Below are positions 22,240-32,420 of a stretch of DNA of 64,000 bases, one piece after another. The position numbers and the translations under genes are program-made. Position 1 is the first letter of the stretch. Each line of letters starts with the position of its first letter. The stretch spans positions 496,001 through 560,000 of the forward strand of contig JAUPSS010000003.1 of NCBI GenBank assembly GCA_040285825.1. The letters are read 5' to 3'. Source of the DNA: Eukaryota sp. TZLM1-RC (taxonomy: Eukaryota; Protista; Metamonada: BaSk clade). The notes under the pieces are model-generated. The model saw only the letters and a program-made list of their open reading frames with translations, was not told the DNA's origin and made no database searches.

Positions 22240-23514
22240 ATGACATTTTTTCCAATGAAACTTGACGAATTCGACTTGGGACCAGTCATAGGTGAAGGGG
22301 CTTATGCCGTAATACGCCTTGGTAGACATCGTGTCAATGGCACTCTTTTTGCCATTAAGATAATTTCTAAAGCTCATGTATATAAGCTTAACAAAGTCTC
22401 CTATGTTCAACAAGAACGTACAGTTCTTAGTTCTGTATCACATCCCAATATAATTCGCTTACATTCGTGTTTTCAAGATGAACGATTCCTATATTTTGTA
22501 CTTGAACTAGCAACACGTGGGGATCTCCAGATGCTCATCAAAAAGAATGGACCACTTCCAATTCCCATTGTTTGTCACTATGCTTTAGAGATTATATCCG
22601 CACTTCATTATTTACGAACTCATAACATTATTCATAGGGATTTAAAGCCGTCCAACATACTCATTGCAGAAGATTACTCCCTAAAGCTAACAGACTTTGG
22701 GACAGCCAAAACAAACAAAGATGACACAGTCCCAACTCAGTCCTTTGCCGGCACTGCTAGCTATGTTGCTCCTGAAATGCTTGAATCTGGAGAGTTTTCG
22801 CTAGCAACTGATCTGTGGTCACTTGGAATTGTTATTTATGAGCTTATAGAAGGTAGTCCACCATTTGCTGGCTCAACTGATTACCTGACGTTTCAATTGA
22901 TCATGGATGGCGCCATATCATTTAGTTCTAGGTTTTCGGCAGAGGCTCAAGATCTGATCACGAAGTTACTGAATAGAGACCCTTTGTTGAGGTTTGGACT
23001 CAAGGATGCCTCCCTCATAGCCAACCACCCTTTTTTCTCTTGCCCTGATCCAACTGTGGATTTCTCCCAATTGAACTTTCCCCACTTTTCTTCATGGAAT
23101 GATGACGATTTGGTTTCTGATTTTGAAGAGTCGAGGCAGTCAAGGAAGTCTTCAGTGGAAAAGACTGATAACTTTGACACTAATTGGCAGCAGTTCATTC
23201 TACCAGAGGAGAATGTAGTCTTTACTGGAATGATCAGAAAAAGGACAAGAATAACTCCTTGGAGAATACGACGACTCGTCTTAACAGATCAGCCTAGGTT
23301 TTTTTATATTGATATGAATAGATTAGAAATACGAGGTGAGATTCCTTGGTCTGATGCAGTCGAGGAACTCTCTATTGATGTACCTTCCAGTTCGAAGGCT
23401 CAGTTTTTCAGAGTGGAAATTCCAAATAGAAAGTACATAATGGAAAGTATTGATGGTAATAGCGGGTATACTTGGGCTCGGCATTTAGAAATTGTACAGC
23501 AACGGTCACGGTAA
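22240..23514 (+). CDS. PDPK1: 3-phosphoinositide-dependent protein kinase 1 (AGC kinase + C-terminal PH domain)
   Basis: GEGAYA, HRDLKPSN, DFG, SFAGTASYVAPE; PH motifs RRLVLTDQPRFFYID and RGEIPWS. Alternative start at 22255. Confidence 0.9.
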   Translation: MTFFPMKLDEFDLGPVIGEGAYAVIRLGRHRVNGTLFAIKIISKAHVYKLNKVSYVQQERTVLSSVSHPNIIRLHSCFQDERFLYFVLELATRGDLQMLIKKNGPLPIPIVCHYALEIISALHYLRTHNIIHRDLKPSNILIAEDYSLKLTDFGTAKTNKDDTVPTQSFAGTASYVAPEMLESGEFSLATDLWSLGIVIYELIEGSPPFAGSTDYLTFQLIMDGAISFSSRFSAEAQDLITKLLNRDPLLRFGLKDASLIANHPFFSCPDPTVDFSQLNFPHFSSWNDDDLVSDFEESRQSRKSSVEKTDNFDTNWQQFILPEENVVFTGMIRKRTRITPWRIRRLVLTDQPRFFYIDMNRLEIRGEIPWSDAVEELSIDVPSSSKAQFFRVEIPNRKYIMESIDGNSGYTWARHLEIVQQRSR

Positions 23515-23759
23515 TATGTTTTTTTGTTTATTTTTGCGTTTCTTTTTAAGTTTTGATAAATATTTTTCTTTTCTTTCATCACACAATTCTTCCATTTTGA
23601 CAGCGCGCAATATTAATAAGGACAACTTAATGAATTTTAATGATTATTATGAGGATAATGAAAAGAAAAGACAATTGTGATAAAGAGACATTGATTTAGT
23701 TACTAAATCAATTAAAAAAACAAAAATTGCTAAAACTGAAATAATCTATACATCTAACA

Positions 23760-24242
23760 TCAATTGTTGGCGATAATGTCAACTAAATTATTGGCTGTAC
23801 GAATACACGTATCTGTTACAACATCAAAAGCATTGTCCTCAGGAGAATAATAGGGATCTTCAACATCCATCATTTTATGTGGAGCATCAGGATCAAAATG
23901 ACGATACATGTATATTTTGGACTTGAATTGCTCCGGACAACGGGAGAGAAGGGTCTCATAGTTGTTTCTATCCATGGCGAGAAGTAGGTCAAATTCCTTA
24001 AAGTCACTTGGTTTAACAGCGCGAGAGGTTCCCTGTAAGTGAAGGCCTCTGGTTCTAGCACTAGCCCTGGATCTACTGTCGTAAGCCGACCCATTATGAT
24101 AACCAGCTGTTCCAGCGCTCTCAATCTTCAGTGAAAGCCCTGCGTTAGCTGCTGCCGCTTTTAGGGCATGTTCTCCAACGGGAGAACGGCATATATTACC
24201 AAGACAAACAACAAGAATGGACTGCACAGACTGAAGTTTCAT
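23760..24242 (-). CDS. Low-molecular-weight protein tyrosine phosphatase
   Basis: P-loop VCLGNICRSP, SAGT, DPYY. Confidence 0.95.
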   Translation of the reverse strand: MKLQSVQSILVVCLGNICRSPVGEHALKAAAANAGLSLKIESAGTAGYHNGSAYDSRSRASARTRGLHLQGTSRAVKPSDFKEFDLLLAMDRNNYETLLSRCPEQFKSKIYMYRHFDPDAPHKMMDVEDPYYSPEDNAFDVVTDTCIRTANNLVDIIANN

Positions 24243-24334
24243 ATTAAATTAAGGATTTTAGGAATAAGAAACAAATAATTGGGAATAGAAATTTGAAGAT
24301 CAAAATTAAGATCAATGATCAAAGTAGCTGCCTA

Positions 24335-24590
24335 CTGGTTGAAGTAGACTGAAATAACAACTATCTAATAACTATCCCTTCTGGCACAAACAGTGACCCT
24401 ACAAATACTGGAAGGTTTTCTGAAACCCTGTAGTAACCACTGTCACAAGTACTCACTGTCTAGTCTGAAACCTACGTTCAGAGGTGTCAGCATCTGGTGA
24501 GAGTCCGCCAACACAGCATTCGCCGTTCAGTACGGCTCATATGCGCAGATGTGACACCTCTGCCAACACAGCTTTACTTCTATGATTAGT
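24335..24590. ncRNA. Candidate structured RNA or fold-back element (unassigned)
   Basis: GC-richer island. Stem CAGAGGTGTCA-G-CATCTG / CAGATG-TGACACCTCTG, inner hairpin GCCGT-TCAGT-ACGGC, further stems, and direct repeat GCCAACACAGC. Confidence 0.35.
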
Positions 24591-25397
24591 GAATAACAAA
24601 TCCATATACGTGGCTCTCTCAAGTTGTGCCCCTATGTGATTTGAAAGAGGATGATCAATAGTTTTTGTTCAATTTATACCTCGTTCACAGATATTATTTG
24701 AGATATCTACTAATAATGAAATAATAAATATATTTAATATTATCCGGCTATTACAATCTACAATACATCATTTCAGTCATCGTAAACACAATCATCCTGA
24801 TCATCCCTTTCAGTCGAAAACTGCTCACATTACGTCTATAACGAAATCGAAAACGATCAACTCCTTGAGAAGTAACCATAAATCAAAGAAAAATGTTAAT
24901 TCAGAAATAATGTGTATATTTAAAAGTCAGAAAATGGGCCTTATATAAAAAAATTAAATACCATTTTATTTAATTCTAGGTTTAGGACTATCTTGAAAAA
25001 TTATGTTTTTCTTTTTCTTTATTGATCTTTGGAAACCCGGAATAAAATCCTAATTATCTCTTCCTAATACCTGAATATCACTTCTGACTAAAAAAAGATT
25101 TTCCTGCTTCCGCTACAAATTTTAAGAATTCTCCGATAACTGACATTTTCATATATTTTGAGTGTCGTTAGATTCTTTTAAGTACATTCTCTTTTCTTTC
25201 CCATATAAGGTGCCTTTACACAAAATAAATACACCTTCTATGACCAGTTGTTCATTTCACGACTCAATGACTACAAGAAAACTTAAAACAACCATACAAG
25301 AACAACCATTGATGATGGTCTAGCAATAAACATTGTTAGCAATAAATACTAATGGTTAAATTTATAAAAAAACTAAAACAAGCAATTACAAAACAAA

Positions 25398-25916
25398 CTA
25401 GTTGAGAAAATCATCATCAAACTTGATTGAATCATTATACCCTTCACGGTTCCTGGCTAATTCAATCGCCAGAAACTGAATGCGGGGTACAACGGTGGAG
25501 TTCTCCTGTGAATAGTCCTCTGCTGAATTAAGACGAATTAATGTGAGATAATGGAAGTTGTCAGGAAGAACTTTCTCCCATGACATCATCCATTTCCTCC
25601 ACTGGGGTTTGACTGCTTCGCTTTTGATGTCATCATCAGTAAAAGATTGGATGTTAAGATCAGGAAACTCAGCACGGAAGCTGGAGTAAATATCATCATC
25701 TACTTTTGTTAGTTTGAGTTTAGTCTTGTCAGAGAAGCACCGCAAGAGACGGGAGTAAGTTTGTGCATGTTTGACAGCTGTTTCTACCCAGGCCATATTG
25801 ATACGTTCATCATTCTCAATACCGCCTTCAAACATTTCACCACGCTCCTTGGACATAGTGTGAAAAACATCTTCACCTTCTTTGGCTTCAATAGATTGAA
25901 TATTGGGAGCACTCAT
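25398..25916 (-). CDS. PBDC1: PBDC1 family protein (polysaccharide biosynthesis domain, CXorf26-like)
   Basis: KLKLTKVDDDIYSSFRAEFP and VVPRIQFLAIELARNREGYND. Confidence 0.9.
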   Translation of the reverse strand: MSAPNIQSIEAKEGEDVFHTMSKERGEMFEGGIENDERINMAWVETAVKHAQTYSRLLRCFSDKTKLKLTKVDDDIYSSFRAEFPDLNIQSFTDDDIKSEAVKPQWRKWMMSWEKVLPDNFHYLTLIRLNSAEDYSQENSTVVPRIQFLAIELARNREGYNDSIKFDDDFLN

Positions 25917-26266
25917 TCTTATAGATAATGGCTATAATAATGAAATAATTGACCTTTACAATGATGTAGGGGGATGATGTAGGGAGATTTTCTTACTGTC
26001 ATTTTTAGACCTGCAAAGTGGAATCCATACCATTTCCATTTCCACATTCTCATAAGTTGATTCCAAACAGCCTATTTACGTTTATTAAAACCAGATTGAA
26101 GTTGACCATTACTGACCTTGACAGTGTTGTAGTAATTGGTCGAAGTGGTTTGTTATTTGTCAATTCATTGAAGTATTTCTTATGTAGGTGTAAACAAATC
26201 ATATTACTGACAATTAATAATATAAATAACCAATTCGACTACCTGTTTTTTACTTAAGTGTTTAAA

Positions 26267-27114
26267 CTATTTGATATAATTGACAACTCCATCAAACAAT
26301 TGTGGACTATCCGTAGGTTCTTGATTTACAGGGATTGAGTATTTGATCTCTAAAAATTCGCGAGCATCTGTGTATTCTTGATATGACCTGCTGTTGACCA
26401 ATATTTGCCAATTTTTCCAAAATTCTTTCCACAATTGTTCCCTTTGAGCAAATTTGTATACTTGAATGTTACGGTTAACATGCCATAAGCATAAAATGTT
26501 CAAACTGTGTGGAAAAACAATTTTGATGGAATTCATTAATGCTGATTCACGATCTGTTACGATAGCGTTCGGGCTTATTCCAAAAAATTTTGAAAAAGTC
26601 GAAAGAGCAAAATAATAGTAGTCTGTGCGCTCTCGTTTCAAAAAACAAAAGAGCTGAATAAAAGTTTTTGTTGGTACCAGTTGAAATACGTGGCATTTTT
26701 AAATCATTCGTTATAACAGGTAGCATCCATTATCAACACAGAGGGGTAACGCTTTGTGAACTGAATAGACTGGCGATGGCATAAGAAGAGTGCTACTGAA
26801 GCGTTGCTAATGAGATCAATTAAGTCTTGATCGTCTGGGATAGTATCAATAATTGCGGCAACAGAACGAATTGTCGATTAATAGGCATCTCTAAAAACAA
26901 AATCATTACTCAAACTATTGATCAGATATTCAAGAGGCGAACTATAACCGAACGTTTCTTGCTTTATTAAATAATTGATAATTGATGGTAATCGAAATGT
27001 TTCGCAAATTTTACGAAATTTTCTTAATGATTGGCCTCGCAATCGTTTATCAAAAATAAACAACATCTGAGCATTTGTTAATTTCACAACTTGTATCTTT
27101 TCAATAACTTTCAT
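26267..27114 (-). mobile_element. MULE (Mutator/FAR1-like) DDE transposase, pseudogenised
   Basis: VLIMDAT (~26720-26740), AIVTDRESALMNSIKIVFP and LCLWH (CxxH) are MULE signatures. Broken by stops and frameshifts; C-terminus missing. Confidence 0.85.
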
Positions 27115-27349
27115 TTATGAATTTAAAAATCATTTTTTTATTTTAAACATATGTTATTTTGATGTTTATGAGTTTTTTCATTTTTGTAGTTTAGATTCTG
27201 GCACTTTAGATATGGGATGTTGTGTCTTAAATTGTTCATTTGATGATGTTGAGTTTGATTATTATGTTTATAATTTATCTTTTCAAACCAGTAGCTGCTG
27301 ACGTCTTCTATAAACAAACCCTTTTACTGTTGATTTAACAATAGATAAA

Positions 27350-27373
27350 GATGTTGAAGCAAATCCTGGTCCC
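27350..27373 (+). other. 2A/StopGo-like ribosomal skipping motif DVEANPGP
   Basis: GAT GTT GAA GCA AAT CCT GGT CCC matches D[V/I]ExNPGP. It is in frame with ATG 27212 and with ORF 27482-27970, with no stop between the motif and the exonuclease. Confidence 0.8.
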
Positions 27374-29149
27374 AGAAAGAGAAGATCTAATTTTAAATCA
27401 ACTCCTCCATCAAGAATTATAGGAAATGCAATTTTTGACCAACAAACATCAGGGCGTAAGCGAAAAAAACAACAAAAAGCATTGAACCAAGAAATTTGTA
27501 TTGAGAATACAATGTTGAATATCGAGAACAGGAAGATTTTGACAAAAAAACCATTGAATCCGAGTATGGTCAAAAGAATTGAGCCAAGTCTTAGTGGATT
27601 CAAGCCTGATCCTTTGATTCAATTCAAATCAATGACCCCAATTCAAAATCTTCCCACTGTTATGTGCTTTGATCTTGAAACCTATCGTGATGGTCATCTT
27701 TATCAAAATCATGATGGCCAATTTCTCCCTCCTGACGAGATTATCAACAAAAGGAGAAAAGAGGGTGCAAATCTCTTGAAAAAGAATACTGATGAGCAAA
27801 TGGGTGAGTGGATTTCTGATCAAAAAGTGTTTTTAATTTCCATTGTTATTGGTAAGTTTGATCGTCATAATTTCGTTTTGGAGAGTAAATGTTCACTTAT
27901 ATTGAGAATTAGTCCTCAAATCAGATTACCAGACATTGATATGGATGTTCATCCAGAAATAATTCTCTGACGAAAAAACCTTGCTTCGTAGGTTCTTAAA
28001 CATTATTGGTGATCTTCAACCCCCTTTCTTTCTAAATCACAACTTAATGCAGTTTGATTTACAGGTTTTGAAAAATCGATTAAACTATTTTGATTTACCA
28101 TTTCCCACTGTTCTAGATGACACAGCAATTGATGTACTCAATCAACTTTCACCAAGATGAAGGGAAGTTGTTAGCAGGGAAAATGGCTTTTTTCTTCTAG
28201 ATACTTTGGTTTTTGCCAAAAAATTTATCAAAATACCCTACTGACATGGATTAGGCAATTTGGCATATAAAATGATATATGAAAAGAAAATCAAACCTCA
28301 TCAGGAATTTTCATATATTTTGCCAATTGATTGTTTAGCTACTTCTCCTCTTATACAAAATTCGATTCAATATGGGCGTCATGATTGTATCCTTTGTCTG
28401 AAACTTTTCGTGCTGTTTCAGAAAGACAAATTTATTTTATCATCTTATAAAACCATTCGAGCAACCGTCAACTCAATGGTTAAACATTCAAATGTGATAT
28501 TCAAATTGAGAGAAACTGCTGTAAAATTTCAACAGTTACGAATTCATACTACATGTTGCTTGATGCTGTATTTACAGTCCCGATTTGAACATACTTTACT
28601 ATTACCACGAATTTCTGTCAAATTATATGAATCATTAATGGCCAGAATTCGTTATATTTCAGCTGAGTATTATGGGCAAGAAATGGTGAAACCAAAAAGT
28701 GTATTTCCAGAGGATTTCAAAGACTTTGTTTATGGTGAAGGAGTTTATACTTTAAGAACTACCTTTGAGCATCAAAAGTTAAACAAAACATTGAGTTAGC
28801 TTGATCACTTAAGACACAAGCCTGAACAGTTTCCACGATTTCCAACTGATTGCTTCAGTAGACCACCTCAGTATATGGCCCCATTAATGTTTCCCAAATT
28901 TGAGAATAATTAGAAATTAAATTGTGAAAAACATATCAATTGTTTTATTAATGTGTATTTTGACAAACCAGATTTGGAAAGTGTGTTTTCAGAAATGCGA
29001 AAGCTGGGTGGATACTCAACGTCATTATCTACAATTACTTCACTATATAGATTTAGGCTTCGTCAATTCAAAAACTTGTTTTTAGTTTATGATAGAGATT
29101 GCTTGAGTTTTTTGTTTCATCATCCTGAAAATATTTCAGACCTTCTGAA

Positions 29150-30785
29150 AACAAATTTTCAGAACTTGCCGATTCATATGAAAATATTGGGCTTCATCTT
29201 AATGCCAGCAAATGCCTTCTGATTGGCTCTTCTGCTCAAGACCTCGTGATAAACGATTCTATTGTCCCTTTTACTAATTATAGTAGTGATGCTTTTAAGT
29301 TCCTTGGTTGTTGGTTAGGAAATGTGCCTCAAATTCAGAATGAATTGCAAGTTATTTTGGAAAAAATGAAAATTGAACTTGATTCAATTTCTTCTTTAGA
29401 TATAGAAAAGCATATTAAATTTTTCATGCTTAAAATTTGCTACACTGGGAGAATAACCCACATTTTGAGATCTTGTGCTCCTTCCATAGCATTAGATTTT
29501 TGTCGTTCATTCAATTCATTGAGAACAGAATTTTTTGCTGATTTATTGGATGTAGAACCAGGAATGTTGAAAAGTCACTTATTTTCTTCAGCAAATTTGG
29601 GGGGTATTGGATTTACTAAATCTTCAATTTTGTGTCAATCAGCATTCTTGGGTGGTGGCAAAAATTTTATTTATGAATTTTCTCGTAGATTTCCTGATGA
29701 TTCTCATCTGTTAGTCCCCAATTGTAGTCCCTATTTGTATGAGTTATCTTGTGAACTTGAAAAATTACCACCACAAATTTGGACCAAATGTTTTCCTCAA
29801 TCAATTCAAGAAATTCCAAACCGATCTCTATTTAATTTACAGTTTTGCTGTAAAAAGCTTCAACAAAAATTGTTCAAGATTTTTGACAGCTTGGATTTTG
29901 ATGTTAGACTTGGCTTGGCCAAGAAAAAGAATCCCGCTTTTGCAAATCTTTTACAAGATATGTGTGACAGTACTTCTTCTGCCTTAGTAACAACAATTCC
30001 ACAAGTTTATGGTACTCTCTTATCCGATTCTGCTTGGACTCTGAATATGAGATTTCGTTCCTTTATCTGGCCTGATAATTTACCTCATATTTTAATTTGT
30101 AAATGTTCTCGAGAAATTACAACTACTCATTTGTTAAATTGTAAACATTTTATTACTTTTAGAAGCAAGGTTCATGATGCTGTAAGAGACCAGTTATATT
30201 GTATGTGTAAATCTCATAGAATTGAATCCTTCTTGGAACCTCTGTTGTCAAATTTGTTTGATGCTGAAAATGATTTTCATAAGAATAATAGAGGTGATGT
30301 CATATTACCTGGATTAGATGGAAGCTTCATTTTATTGGATGTAATGTCTGTTGATCCTTGTAATGCCTCAAATGAAAGGCTTGTTACTTCTGAAATTCAT
30401 AATCCCCTTTCAAATGCTGAAAATTTTAAATTCAAAAAATACAATGAACCTTTGTCCAAATTGGCCAGTCTACAGCATGCAAAATACAATTTGTATCCAT
30501 TTGTATTTTCCCTTTTTGGTTCACTTGCACCAACTGCTTTACGTTTTTTGGATGATTTTGAAATGATTGTAAAGAGAAGAACTGGCAGAAATTTCAACAG
30601 ATTGTTTTGGCAAAATAGAATTGTGTTTTCTATTTTTAAGGGGATGTTGAAGATGGTTTCTGATGCTTTGCTTTCTCTTGGATCTCACTATGAGAGAGTT
30701 GCATCTAGTGTTTTTGTTTTGGGAGAGATGGATTTTTTAGATGTTGATTTATAGGTTTAGAATAAAATTAAATTTAACAAAAAAA
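29150..30785 (+). mobile_element. 5'-truncated CRE-like non-LTR retrotransposon with poly(A) tail and 12-bp TSD
   Basis: Intact ORF 29246-30754 (FKFLGCWLG, GGIG, CKC...HLLNC, RSKVHD, E-P, RGD, LDV, KKY, PFVFSLFG). AATAAA at 30761 and an A-run at 30779-30786. TSD AGACCTTCTGAA at 29138-29149 and 30786-30797. The empty site is visible in copy 1 (~8570-8590). Confidence 0.95.
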
Positions 30786-32287
30786 AGACCTTCTGAATGA
30801 TGAATTTTTCGATTTATGTGAACAGCATGATATAAGAAATAATGAACTCACAGACATATTCGAAGGTCTTATTGAGCCATTTACTTGTCAAATTGAGAAT
30901 TTGGTCACTTACCAGAATTTAGTTGATAACATATTTCCAGTGGATACACATTTTCTTGCAGATGCTGTTGAAAAAGATCCTCAAATATTCCTAACACCAG
31001 CAATTACAATTGCCCAATATATCTCCAGTAGAGAGAAAAAACCTTATCATATTTCTCCTGTTTCAACCACTGTATGTCCAGGATATTTTCCTATTGATAC
31101 AAGAACACTATGGAGAATTGTTAAACAAACATTGATGGATGATTTATCATCTACACAGACGCTGAAAATGTCCAAAACATTAGCCCAAATTACGAAATTC
31201 AAACCACCTGAGCAATTTGACTTTTGGTCTAATATTCTCGATTTAAACCAACCAATGTTCAAACAGAAGAACTATGAATTCAACAACATTATACACACAG
31301 ATGGATTTAATATTGCAGTAGAATTTGTTCGTCAGGATTTACAAGGTCAGAAATGTAAGCCAGACAACAAGGCTAGTATTTCGGATTTATATATTGATGA
31401 TGTTGATGTTGATACTTTACTACAATATTTATTTATATATTTTTATTTATTGTATTTTGGGAGTAAAAAGACTGATCAAGAACTAGCCATGGTTCCTCAG
31501 AATGAAACTGAACAGCAAAGAAATAGTCGGGTGATGAATCAAGACAAGAAGTACAAATGGTTAAGAATGACTCAGATGTCCTGGTCTTGGAAAAGTAGGA
31601 TGAATGAAAAACAAAAACGATGGGCGACAAGGTATACTGAGGTAGGTTACGACAGGAACCAAATGATAGAGTCTTACGAAAGGACAATTGAAGATGCAAA
31701 CATGAAGTTATCCGCGTTTGCTGCAAATTCAGCAACTTTTATAGATTTTTCCAACTATGTGGTTGCCAAACTTCGGCAAGTTTTTTTTGACAATTGACTT
31801 TTATAGTCTTGACTTGCTTGTGGAGCATTCATAAAATGCAAGCTTTTATTCACAAGCAAAAGACTTAAAGTTGGTTGTTAAAAAGCCTTGTTCAGCAGTT
31901 TGGCAATCCAAAAGACACTTTAATACTAATGGGTGATTGTGGTAAAAAAGGTTTTAAGAATTTGAAACATCATAGGCCTACTCGAGGCATTGGATGGATT
32001 CAATTTCTGAAAAGGAATGGATTTGAAGTATTGATGATTAATGAAGCTTTCACTTCAGCAAAATGTCCTGTTTGTTTTGAAAAGGTTGCTACGTTTTTGA
32101 GAGTAACAAATCCCAGATTCTATAGAAGAGAAAAGACTCCTGTTACTACATGCCATGGTTTATTAGCTTGTAATAGTCAGAGTTGCAAACTCAGTAACAA
32201 AGGCTCAACAAAGCTGTTCAATAGAAATAAGCTGGCTTGTCTGAATATGTTTGCAATTGCCGAAGCCAGAATGAGTGGTAATGAAAG

Positions 32288-32384
32288 GCCTCAGTATCTG
32301 TGTAGTAGATAGTTTTTGTAATTATTCCACACGAAAATTGATCGTGTATTTATGGGAATTTCCCACAAAGAATAATATCTTACA
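32288..32384 (+). ncRNA. Candidate Fanzor family A omega-RNA (scaffold to ~32364 plus flank-derived guide)
   Basis: Conserved with 45103-45197. Stems TATCTG/TAGATA, ACACG/CGTGT and GGGAA/TTCCC. Similarity ends abruptly after GGGAATTTCCC. Confidence 0.6.
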
Positions 32385-32420
32385 CTTTCCAAAACTCTTA
32401 TATAAATATTAACTGTCCGA

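Larger units (their letters stand above)
27212..32364 (+). mobile_element. Fanzor1 family A copy 2: 2A-like peptide + PolB-type 3'-5' exonuclease + Fanzor1, interrupted by a LINE; right end at ~32364
   Basis: DVEANPGP (27350-27373); ExoI FDLET, ExoII NLMQFD, ExoIII YGRHD; Fanzor N-terminal YKTIRATVNS...RIHTTCCLMLYLQ; IHTDGFNIAV; LMGDCG...PTRGIG...INEAFTSAKCPVC...TCHGLLAC...FNRNKLACLN...ERPQYL. Confidence 0.88.

Noticed and set aside
22206-22289. Overlap between the coiled-coil ORF and PDK1
   Set aside because: Removed by using the downstream ATG at 22205.
24425-24440. TGTAGTA as a U2 snRNA branch-pairing sequence, and nearby CTGGTGA as a hammerhead core
   Set aside because: Flanking U2 consensus is absent, and the hammerhead CUGANGA/GAAA arrangement is not met.
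25982-25996. GGGAGATTTTCTTAC as a left TIR matching the family A right end
   Set aside because: Only 10/15 identity in AT-rich DNA and no matching TSD; inconclusive.
27480-28420. Polinton/viral DNA polymerase or endogenous virus
   Set aside because: Only the exonuclease domain is present. No polymerase motifs, capsid, packaging ATPase or integrase were seen.
28795-28913. Possible GT...AG intron removing both shared TAG stops in Fanzor A
   Set aside because: Its 119-nt length shifts the frame into a stop, and the region encodes a Fanzor-like motif (YMAPLMFPKFENN.KLN..KHIN.FIN).
28790-28920. Alternative genetic code (TAG reassigned)
   Set aside because: Conserved host genes (RPA2, RRP4, PBDC1) end at TAG at the expected C-terminus, and long host ORFs have no internal stops.
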